This document shows, one piece after another, positions 52,801 through 64,000 of a DNA stretch of 64,000 bases. The notes beneath the pieces were generated by a model. That model did no database searches. It worked only from the letters and a program-made list of their open reading frames with translations, and was not told where the DNA came from. The first letter of the stretch is position 1, and each line of letters begins with the position of its first letter. A program made the position numbers and the translations under genes. The DNA lies in NCBI GenBank assembly GCA_000934665.2, contig KZ538033.1:1-64000 (forward strand). Direction: 5' to 3'. The DNA is from Catajapyx aquilonaris. Lineage: Eukaryota.

Positions 52801-55800
52801 GGGGGTCGATCGAGAGACCCCAACAGCGATGGTAGCTCTTAACAAAAACCTGCCTAGCAGTTGAAGGAGTCAAAAAGTGCGCAAATTCTGATATTTTGCC
52901 GGCAGTGAAATAATACTGGGACTGCATTATCGCATTTCGCAAAATGCCACTGGGCATTACAAGACCACACATTACGTGGTGCAAGTTCCTGTACAATGCA
53001 GTACATTGCCTTGACTGAATTCAAATTCGCAAAAGTATTTATCCGAGTTCGTAAACGCGAATGCAACAAAAATGTTTTGTCGCACATAATTATTATTGCA
53101 TTAATTTTGACAAATGAATCACTTTCAGCAATTAAATCCCACCTCACATGAAATACACCGTAAAGATTCGCAAATTGGACGAATCGTTTGAAACGTGTAA
53201 TAAACGTGGGACATTTATTCCCAGTCACTTTGAACCTTTTCACACGCCCGATATTTCTTTCTCGAGCGCCAAACCAGCAGCATTGGCAGTATTTTCCATG
53301 CACACAGCCCCCCAATCGAACCAAGCAATTTCCAATCATAAGCTGCACTGAATGTCAAGCCAGGAAATATGCTTTTCATCGCCGTTCCCCCCAAACTACC
53401 CAAATGATGCCCAGGTGTTACGATAGCAATAGAAATGCACATTCCGGCACTAACAAACGACCCTGTGTTCAATTACTAAACGCAGTCCATGTTTTTACGC
53501 CTTGCTATGCGTACATTGTATTCAACAAACTTTTTCCGGTTCTGCTGTTTTACAGACTTATTTTAATTGAAGCAGAGCTAAGGGGTGGTGCACGTAGCCA
53601 GGAAATTAACTCTGAAGTGCACGGAAAACATTCCAAGTAGCCATTAGTGCAAACCATTTATGAGATTCGGAGGCCGTTACAAAGCACACAGCAGAGAGCC
53701 TGTGCAGACTGAAGCATTTATGGTCCACGAAACCTGCACTCACCCTCCTAGATGCATAGAGCCAGCCTATTTTTCTATGTGAACACACGTCACATTTTTG
53801 TTACTAGGCTGCACAGCGGCCCATGTACTGTTCTCTGAGGGTTTTCAGAGGAGTAATCGTGGTTGCAGCTGCAGCAAGCAGATTCAAGTTTGAACTACGG
53901 AAACTTTCTCCCCCTTGAATTGCCATAATCCTTGCAGAGCATTTCTCATGCTGCCGCGGAGGAAAACTTGCCACATAAGAAATCACGATTCCATCTAAAA
54001 TTAGATCTCATTTGCGAAGCGTTTCATCATCAGTTGGAGGGGAAGACATTCCAGTGGCCTTACTAAGACGGCAGGGGGAAAACAGAGGCTCACTATAAAA
54101 ATGGGAGGGGAAAAAAATTTGACCATTTACTACCAGAAAATTCAGCGAAAAAATTAGTCTAAGCGAATCCCAAGCAATTCCCAAGTCCCTCACTATTTAT
54201 ACGACTCTTTAATTCGATTCATCACCAACCCTGCGACACTTAGCCGGATCGAATGAGTTCGTACCCAACTTTTTTTATGCACCGGGGAGATAAAGTTGTT
54301 GCAGGAAATTCCTAGGACGGAAGGGTGAAAGATGGGTATAAAACCTATCCACCAAAACCCTTACTAGTTTCGTTAGATTTCGATTGCTTTCCACCCAATT
54401 TCTTGGCACTTTCGAGATCCTCCGGACTGCGATCAAGTCCCACTTAATCAGATTATGGCCGCCCATCATTCAAGCTGCTTATTTCGCTAACGAAGTCCGA
54501 GTCATTAATCAGAGAGAGAGAGAGGGAAAGGGGAGGGGACGCTGTTATATCCCCAAATGACATTATAGTTGTCTTTCCGGATGATGCCCACAGCCATCAA
54601 TAATGTGCCGACGCAGTAGAAAACGCGAGCAAAAAAGCAGGAGTAGCAAGTGTGTGGTATACTGATATGGACAGATAATAGAAACATGTATGAATTTCAA
54701 TATTTAAAAAAAGTATTCACTCTCCTTCCAATTCACCACATAAAAATCTGGCCCAAGTTCTCAAATATGACCTCGCAGCACTCTATTTATTTATAAGGTC
54801 TCATGTATGCTGAATCTTGAAGTAGTACATTCCATGCATATATAAAGGAAAAAGGATTCAAGATTGCACTGATTATGCGATTCCATCGACGGATATATCC
54901 CCCTCCCACTCGAACTGCAATGCAGACGTGGAAAAGGTACATATACAATCGAGATTGATGGCAATATTCAGAGAGAATATAAATCACCTCGAAAAGTACG
55001 GCAGCATGAACTGAGTTAGGACCTACATTCGCCGGATATTCGCTTTTATGTCTCCATATCCAAGTGCATTTCGGGTTACCAAAAGACCAGATTTGAATGT
55101 CATAAGATAGAAAATGTGTTTCCCATCAGAAATGTGCGGGGCTGAGGGAAACTTTAGAGGTATAGAGGGGGCTATATATACACACACACTTCCTGCCTAG
55201 GCACACTGTATAAAACCCCGGCTGCAGATGTGATCAATGACTCCCTTTGCAGTTCTGAGTGATGTTTGCGGTATGGCATTATGGGGACGATTTTTTTCCC
55301 GGTCCGGATCCGAGAGAGAAAAAAAATGATACACATATATATAGTATGTCTGCCAGAAATAGTATTTCCTAATTAGTTCCACTCTATTCCTTCAGCCCTC
55401 ATTGCAGCTCATATACCGTTGGCAAGCAGAAATTGGAATGCTTATTAATTAATGCGGCTAAAAGGAGTCACGGGAGCACTACTCTGACGCCATCCTCCAA
55501 ATGAGAACGGCCCTGTCCTGGTTACTAATTCACGTCTACTAATATTATGTCATCGTCCGGCGACGTAATCGCCGTCCATCAAGAAAATATGAATGAGCAT
55601 TACAATTCAAAGCGATTTTTATAGGTCCGGCTCAGAGATGACCACTGTCCTTTTCTGCCGAATTTGTGGAAGGAAAAAAAGTGCTGGAGGTTCCGTCTGT
55701 GCTTATCAGCTCACTGAAGGAGAAGAGAATTGCGGCAGTCTTGTGAGTATTGAGGCCAAACTGGTTCGGACCAACCTGCAGGGCGTTCCGATGCTTTCTG

Positions 55801-57097
55801 CTTCGCCACCCGATTCCCTTTCCTCTTTTTTTTCCGGCTTCTTTTCTTCTCCACCAGTTTACTCCCAGGACTAAACTATATCAAGCATATAGACCAGTAT
55901 GGCCCCAAAACTGTGCTTCGTTAACTTGTGTGAGGCAAGAGTATAAGTGTCGATAATGGGTAACGACTTTAAGTTTGTTAGAGAAATTCTCCTCCTCCCG
56001 CACCCTCACCCTACCCGAAATGAATCTCTTGCAGAAACTCGGCTCAAAGTTCGAAATAATTATCAGAGTCGGTGCCTGGCCGAGAGTATACACTAGCTGC
56101 ATCTCGCCCATTATCTTTCACACTGGCAAAATTTCTACAGCAGCACGAACCGGATGGAAACTCTCGAAAGTCGCAAGTTTCTGTCACGTGACTAGTCCGC
56201 TAACTATATACACAAAACCAGTAGTTAGCCTCACCCAAAATGCAATGTGAAACCGATCGGCCGACACGGACAGCCAACAATGCTGGTGGAGCAGGGTTTG
56301 AAAAGCACTAAATTGCCGCCGAAAACACAATATGTGTTTGCGATGGCCCCACTATTGTGCTGGCTGGGAAACAGGAGGATCCTTATTAAAATAACAATAT
56401 TTATGCGTCGTGCCCATAAAAGCCGAATCACAATGTTGCATAAGCGGAAAATAATGGCGCTGACTCGAATTTCATCGGCGAATTAGTAAGTTCCATAACA
56501 TTATAAGCATGCTAACATGGTCAACACAATGGGCTAATTAGGCTCGTTTAATGCGGACCCCCAATTTTAGTAGTCTCCTTAGAATTTAACCGGTTGGATT
56601 TGTACCATTGCGGGCACAAGGTGAGTCAAAAATATATTACACATTCCAAGCATGGCCCCAGTTTCCAATCAATATTCCTCTCATTTCTTGGCAACGATTA
56701 CTGCCTCCTCCACTTTTGATATTACAAAGTCTGAGGCTGTAATACTCGCCGGGGCTGAAGTTCCCTCGCCGCCAATCCTCATGTCCCACTTGTATTAAGA
56801 ACCCCCTTCTGAAACGGTGCTGCGAGACAGCTGACAAATTATTCCACTGCCCTAGGAATATCGATTTGTGCGAAAAAGGGTGGGGTGGGTGGGTTGGTAG
56901 GGGGTCGCGAAATGCCCAATTAGCATAGGCATCTTGTTATTCTGATTGATAAAGTTGGGAGAATGGTCCGGATGGCTTATTAGTATAATGCATAATTTGC
57001 ATATCTTCCACGATTTGAGGGGGAGTTCCTACGTGTCCAGACGTGAAGTTCATTATCTGCATGGTGAAATATTCGCTGCGCCACGTTTCAGGCAATG

Positions 57098-57164
57098 ACT
57101 TACTGTTCGGTGTGTATTAAAGGATGCTTACCTGTAATGAGAGAGAAAAAAATCATGTTAGTCA
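57098..57164 (-). promoter_or_regulatory. Candidate recursive splice site (junction 57132/57131) with a 28-nt cryptic exon
   Basis: Minus strand: TGACTAACatgaTTTTTTTCTCTCTCATTACAG|GTAAGC, then a second donor ACA|GTAAGT 28 nt downstream. Confidence 0.75.
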
Positions 57165-57663
57165 ACCTTTGACAACAGCACTTTGTCGCAATGAAATTAA
57201 TTACAGCGCCCCAGTGCGGTCAACCTCTGACCTCCCGGCCCACGCACTAATTAATGTGAGTGGGGATTAATCCGTAAGGTTAAATCCTTGTTTAGAAGAG
57301 GACGGAGTGGACCTTGTAAACGAACGGATTAGTTTCCGTCACGTTAGCAAGGTGTGTCATTTTGTGTTCGACTCCCTGTGGAGGGTTCGTGTTTTGAGCC
57401 CCGGGAATTGTGCAATTGATGGCACGGCAAATCCCGGTTACAGCTGCAAGTGGGGCATAATTAATTCCCTCAAGCCAAGGGGGTATTACGAGTGTGTGAG
57501 CAGGTGCCACCAGGGTTAGCCTAACCCACGATGGAGAGCGGTGCCACGATAGAACCGGATTTATGACTCCCAAAGTGTAGTTTGGAGAAAAGTAAGGGGG
57601 GGAAGGGGGTTTCGGAAATTTCAAAGGATTTAAACCTGGATGAAATATTGGCATCTCACAATA

Positions 57664-57702
57664 TACAGGGTGTGCTGAAGTTGATGATACGTACACCCTG
57701 TA
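57664..57702. mobile_element. Tiny Tc1/mariner-like remnant (TA-CAGGGTGT...ACACCCTG-TA)
   Basis: 10-bp perfect inverted ends including TA, around a 19-bp spacer. Confidence 0.45.
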
Positions 57703-60700
57703 GCTGGGTGTAGTCTCCAGCAGTATATTAGAGCCCCGACTTGTATTTCCCCCCAGAAAGTGCAAGGCTCGCCTCCCTGACAAAAGCTGGAGCAGGCAGC
57801 AACATGACCCGAGGTCGTGTCCCTGTCTCTGTATATAGTTGGGTTGATACCCGAAACGGCAGAGTGGGCACAGTAGCCTCCCCTCCCAGCCCCCTCTCCT
57901 TCATTAGCGGGCATCAAGAACCCTCTGCGTGCTCCGCATTTGGCCGGAAGCAAAAGCCCAGCTGAAACACGGCTGGAAACACGCGTTCCAGAAACAAAAG
58001 GGGGCGTCTTGTCGGGTGAGCTGGAGCCCAAGTGACACCTCGTGATGTCGCCGAGGAAGAAAACACACCAATGTCTCTTGCTTCACTGACGACATTGTAA
58101 CGACAAACTCATTCCATCCCCAAGCCTCTGATTATTTCCCCTCCATTAACTCAGCTCTTGCCTTGTTGTGAAAGGCTTTCCATTCAAGTCTCCATTCGAC
58201 CGAAATATTACCCTTGACTTCCGTCTGCCTCTTTTTTTTTTTGTAGCAGGCCGTGCTCTCAAAAAGTATATGGAGAAAGAGTTCAAAATGCCAAAAGCTA
58301 TGTGTATACCTTTCAGTAATGGGCAAAGGCACTGCAGGCACTCGTGGTAATGGAGTTGCTAAAAATACCTGCAAGTTTCGCATTTCCTTCCTGCACTGCA
58401 CAAAATGTTCTGTCAATGCAATTAGGAAAAATATGACAATTATGCACAAAAAAATTTGTAAATTTTTGAATATAGACACGCATTTCAAATTTAATGATAG
58501 CCCAATGCCACTCTAGAATCAAAGCACATCAGCCACTGGGATATGCCACATATTCGCACGTACATTATACAATACAGTACATGCGGTAATGAGTAGCATT
58601 AAAATTAGTAACATAATTACACTTCCAAAATCAGACGCGTGGAACGCTATTAGAATCGCGCACAAAGGCACTGCTTAAATATTTAACACCTATATGTTGT
58701 AATTTTGGAAAATCGGTGTTCCGGATCAGGTTTTTAAAATGCAAAATTGTCACGTTTTGAAAAACCGGGCGTATCGGACGCCTGTCTGAATCGGTTTCAC
58801 AACCCTTTTGGTGCGTATACGACAGAATGTAAACCGATTATTTTAAGCCGTAAATATTTATTAGGCTTCGCATGCACACGCGGGGCCACTACTTTGTTAT
58901 GTTAATTTCATCTCCTCTTGTATGCTCTTTGACGCCGAATTATAAAATAACTGCGCCCTGTTTTTACTTCCATGAACTTTCCCATTTATGTGGTTAGATC
59001 CACCCTGCACGGGCTCACAACACCCACAAATAATATAATAACGACACGCTTAATTCTATTAAACTGGAAGTAGGGGGGCTTACAACGCACCACCATCACA
59101 CCGACACATACCACCCTTGCCTTTTTCATCCCCAGCAGTTCCAGGAAACAGCCGCGGTTACCTGCAGCTGTCACGGTCAATTCCCCAACCCAACTACCTC
59201 TTTCCCCTATTATACCCGACAATGTAAGGCCGGATCTAAGTAGAAAAGAGTGCAACTTTGCATGCCAAATCAGCGCCTAGTAGTATCTTCTCTTCTCTTT
59301 TCCCCCTCCAATCTAATCCTGGAAGGTCTCCCCCCATGAAATTCCTCTGGTAATCCAGCCCCCACTCGGCCCTATTGACTTCCCTTCCTGATCCCTTAAC
59401 CCGGAGAACAATTACGGCATGGTTCTTAAAACCTCTTCCCACTTCTATTTCGGAGCTCTAAGCTAATGACACTTTCTATTAAGATTTATCGCTAATAGGC
59501 CTATTGGGGCGAAGGGATGGGAGGAGGGGGAAGAGGAGAGAGATGAGCCAAGAAGTTTCAACTGAAGGAGCAGCTCTGAGAGGACTGGCTAACCAGGCTG
59601 GGTAATGCACTTAAACGTGTTTTATCTAGACGTCCTGTTCATTAGTTGCGCCTGGCAATAGAGGGGGAGAGATCCCCAGACCTGAGCTGTTCCTGAATTC
59701 TGGGAGCGTTTTTATGACTTGACGTGAGTTACATCTCGTCGCGTGAGAATTGCAGGGTTTCCCAATGCTTGCCTTTATTTGCCTGCAGATACGAGCACAT
59801 AAGATCAGCCGGGTGTTATACAAAGAGCAGCAGATGACCTTAGACCCAGGAATACACACTTCATAATGTGACTTGTCTCTATGATAATTATGCAGGATAT
59901 AATAATCCAATCAAAGGAAAGACAAAGCATCACTGCCACATTTATGATCTTGATATGCACGTCACCATATTATTAAAATACATGGAATTACCTCAGTGGC
60001 AAGAATGGCTCATTGCGCATGGATACTTCCACAGTTGTCTCGCATGCGGCAACCAAATGAAAATAATTTTCCATACACTGTGCTTTTCCATGCACACTGC
60101 ACAAAAAAAAATTCAAAAAAGAGAAAACTGCATTTAATACAAGAATCCTTTCATTCAATACACCTGAACGCGAACTATGCGGAGCGTGTACAGTGCAACT
60201 AATCCACAGACGAGACTTTCAGTGTAGTATAGAACAAAGGCCATGCCAGCATATAAATGAAGGGCCGAGGTATGGAGCTATAGCAAGAGCAGTCGTTTTA
60301 ATTTAAAGTTCCGCTTTATTTTTTTTGATTCCCATATCAAATATCAATAGGATTGCAAGTGCACTGTAAGTTTAAAAATCTGGATTTCAATTTGCAACAA
60401 TAATTTGCTTCACAATTGACTATAGCTTTTACGAGTATTATTGTGCAGAAAATGTGTGTCCCAAGTCTGTATTTTGGTACCACACAACCTATAACGCTTT
60501 TTGCTCATTCTCTTCAGACTTCGTTCCATTCCCTTCCATCCGAAAGACTAATTCGGAATGGGCGAGACCACCTGGACTTCTGCCCCCAAAGTTCCGGGGG
60601 CTGGAGACCTATACACTTCCAGAAGGTAGCTCTTGCATCCTCACGCCACCTGTCCAGGAGATGATTAATACACGATGATGCACTACCGACGCTTGCCGTT

Positions 60701-63700
60701 CCGCGAAAAAGACCTTTATTTGTCAATAGGAAGGCTCCTGGACAGATGAAAAATGGGCGCTGACGGCGTCCGTTATTGGACTTGCGACCCCCGCGCATTA
60801 TGACAGCTTTTTTTGGAGGTTCCCAGATGCATGGACCCAACAGGGGGGCTGGACCCAAGGACTACAACGTGGCCAGACACTTCCTCGTGTGTATATATTG
60901 ATAATATATAGAAAAAAAAGAGAGAGGGGGAAAAGGAAATGTGAGGGAAATCGGAGAAAGGCCACCGGATGCAGGGAAAAGTCCGGACGAAGACTGATGA
61001 TGGCTCTGCCCGCTTTAGGGTTCAGGGGATTCAGATTTGAGCCATCAGTTTGAGGGCACTTCGGCGGAAATAACGATGCGGACGTCTGTCAATGGCGAGG
61101 AACTGCTAACAGTTCAACCGAAAAGGGAAGAGAGAGGGAGAGAACCCACCAAGCAACACCTCCAGAGGGGCCAGTTGCAGAGTCTAATAATTTTTTAAGC
61201 CAAAATTGCAGGGTAGTTGTTATAGACATGCATGTTTTTGGCCGAACGTGACAGTTGCGAATCGGAAAACGCTGCAGGATTTTTCATAACTGCAGCTGGA
61301 TTAGACTTGTTCATGGAAAAAAAAAATCACAAACTGTAGTGTCAATAGTTATTATATTGAAGAAAAAAAAGAGCCGGGTTTTCTGACAGAAGGTTGTATA
61401 GTTCCGGAGGGGGGGAAACTATATTTTCGTTGCAATTCTAATGACAGGATGTGCGGATTTAAATTACAAAATTTCCGGGAAAAGCTGATGTAATCGTATA
61501 GGCTGGGTTGATGTATATTTTTCTACCAATATTACAGTGTAGATAGTTCCGCTTTTTGGAGCATTAAAAATACATTGCGAGGGAGAACGTCACCTCCGGG
61601 CACAAGTTCGCTAGATTCTGGTACAAAAAGGCAGCCAGCGTTATTTTGATTTTTCGATAAACAAGCGCACGGCTGTGTACTTCCGCATTATAATCTTCGT
61701 GCAACAACAGTTCGCAGATTCTCTTTTTCACGTGGGAATTACTACAGACTGTGATGCATGTTATCGCATAAACGTAATAAAAAGCAGGAAAATCCGTTTT
61801 TCGATCTATCTACCATGACCATATAAGTCAGTTAATTCTCATATTCACAAATTGCCAAATACATCACGTTTCAAATGAGGTTGCTAAAGTGCAGCGACTG
61901 TTTAAAAATAAATGTGGCCCTAATATTTTTGCAGTGTTACAGGTTTTAAAACGCCCAGTCAGAAAATTAAATATTGGCACATACAGTTGCGGTTGCACAG
62001 TCTGAATCAACATGCAAAACGCATATACCATCAGCAGTGACTGGGTTATGCAACGTATCTACCCAAAATTAACACCAATCGTATCATATGGCCGTACAGC
62101 AAACGTTGCCATGAGCAACGACATCTACTTCTGATTAATGGTCACATTTATACTGTACCAACTAATAACTACATTAGAGGGACTCTCGTTACTCTAGTAT
62201 TGAAAGCTTCATGATTTTCTCCGAATGATCAGGTTCACATAGTGTGTGCCACAGGTCATTGGCACACGTCAATTGGAGACTAATGAATATCCTCGTCAAC
62301 GCGCCACTGTACCGATGTAACATGAGTACTGCTCTATGGGTATCCACTAATATTAGAGCTTCGAAACACAAAATTAAACATCGACAATCATATGACGTGT
62401 TGGAATTGATCGCAGGCTAATATATACTGAAAGCCGCAATCGACATCAAAGTTCGAAATTGACAAATCGTAAATATATTTATACGATCACCCTAACTTGA
62501 CTGTACAAAATCCGGGAAACGTCCTTCAAGTTGAAAATTTCTGGTTGCATTTTACCTCTCTCGTAAGTGCTTTTCCTATGATTTAAAAGATGCGAAAGTA
62601 CACTGCACAATTTCATATATAAAAATAAATATTTATATAAATGAATAAAATAAAAATGACGGAGCATTTGCATACTTAGCAGTTATATTTTTATGCACAT
62701 TGTCAGAATAAGAGATGAACTGAAAAATCCAACCGGACTGTACTGTATAATTGCATGACCTTGTTTGTACTATTATTATTTTTATTATGATTTGCTTCGT
62801 AACAACATCAACTGTAATTTAGGTGTAACTTATAAAATTCGGAGCACAGTCACAGCCCAAGGCTCAACCTGCCCAGAATTTCCAGCCCAAAAAACTCTGA
62901 CAATCCACACGAAACTTTGGTCCCAATGACGCTGGATACGTAACTTTCGCACCTCCAAGGCACCAAATCTGGTATTTCGCTTCTGACGCACCCAAGCACA
63001 ACCATCCAGTCTCAACAAAAATTATCCCTAATTTGGCTCCACCATTGTTCCAAGCCCTGAATGCCAGAAACAATGGCCCCAGACCTTCCTTCCCCCTGCC
63101 GTGTGCTAGATGAGAAAAATAGCCCCGGTTGCAAACATGGGGTCTACAATATAGGTGTGCAGCAGCATCAAGCCTTTATCCCTGCCACCCCCAGAATGGG
63201 AACAACGGTACGAGTCCCTTGAAGACGTTTCTGGCCAACAAACCTGCCTCCATTTCCGCCCCCCCTCCCCAGAAACCCCGGAGTCACGTCTGCTGCCAGG
63301 AAAATTAAGCCTATATATGAAGCTGCACCCAGCATTATCTCCATCTCACAACCGCAGCATTCCGAGATGAATAGAAGATTCACAGGCTTGATGCGCTGCT
63401 CCAGAAAGTTTTTAGGGGAAGGAGAAAACCGACCTCTCGGTTCCAATATCGGTTTTCGCCAGTGGAAGAGCCTACTGCTACCTTTCACCTCCTTCCTGGC
63501 TGCCAAACCTTCACGGAATACCAGCCAGAAACGTATACACTGAGCTGTCATACCGACGACTCACAACAAGGATATCTTTACCAGGCAGATGCAAGTAAAC
63601 ACTAAAACTTACACAGTATCGCCAAAATTGCCTGTATACATGCACCTGCCACAAAATATTCCAATTTATGCGGCCTGTGCAGTGCACAAATTCCGTACAT

Positions 63701-64000
63701 GACATCGAATTAGATTAAAATGGCAAAAACAGGATCCTGCCTCCCCAAAAACCGGCCTATCTGTCCGGGGGAACCTGCAAAAAGAGCCGAACCTGTAAAA
63801 CCTGGTAGAAAGATAGCGTTGCGGCCACACAATGGCGCGGTATAAAAACTGCAGGGGCCTCTGTGTCCGGGACTGCAGGCGCGACGGACAAACCAACAGC
63901 TGCAGGCCTTTCCGGGAAAACCCGCACATCCAGCAGGGGGAACTCTCAAAAAACCCAACACACACACTCTTCCAACTAGGGCTATACATTATGCCCGCAC

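Larger units (their letters stand above)
18739..64000 (-). other. Very long Fur2 intron (at least 45 kb; donor outside the window)
   Basis: The expected upstream exon (catalytic Asp, ...LDDG...HPDL..NY, ending in phase 0) was not found by eye or in the ORF track. Confidence 0.75.

Overview
Eukaryotic genomic DNA, most consistent with an arthropod. It holds part of one minus-strand gene, a furin-like proprotein convertase (Fur2 type, subtilisin/kexin S8B family). Nine coding exons (18738 down to 1502; 1,985 nt, about 661 aa) join with consistent phases. They encode most of the catalytic domain (His, oxyanion Asn, Ser motifs), the P domain, a Ser/Gly/Pro-rich linker and the first Cys-rich furin-like repeats. 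I could not find the exon with the catalytic Asp or the C-terminal exons, so 18739-64000 appears to be one intron of at least 45 kb. The most notable signal lies in that intron: two sense-strand recursive-splicing (ratchet point) motifs, each branch point + pyrimidine tract + YAG|GTAAG, at 57132/57131 and 38395/38394. They divide the intron into roughly 19-kb pieces, and each is followed by a cryptic donor defining a 28-nt or 52-nt frame-disrupting exon. Also present: a GC-AG intron, a complete piggyBac-type MITE with TTAA duplication, a long inverted repeat, small hairpin remnants, a 31-bp minisatellite and microsatellites. Most ORF-track entries are spurious. No RNA genes, CRISPR arrays or autonomous transposons were recognised.
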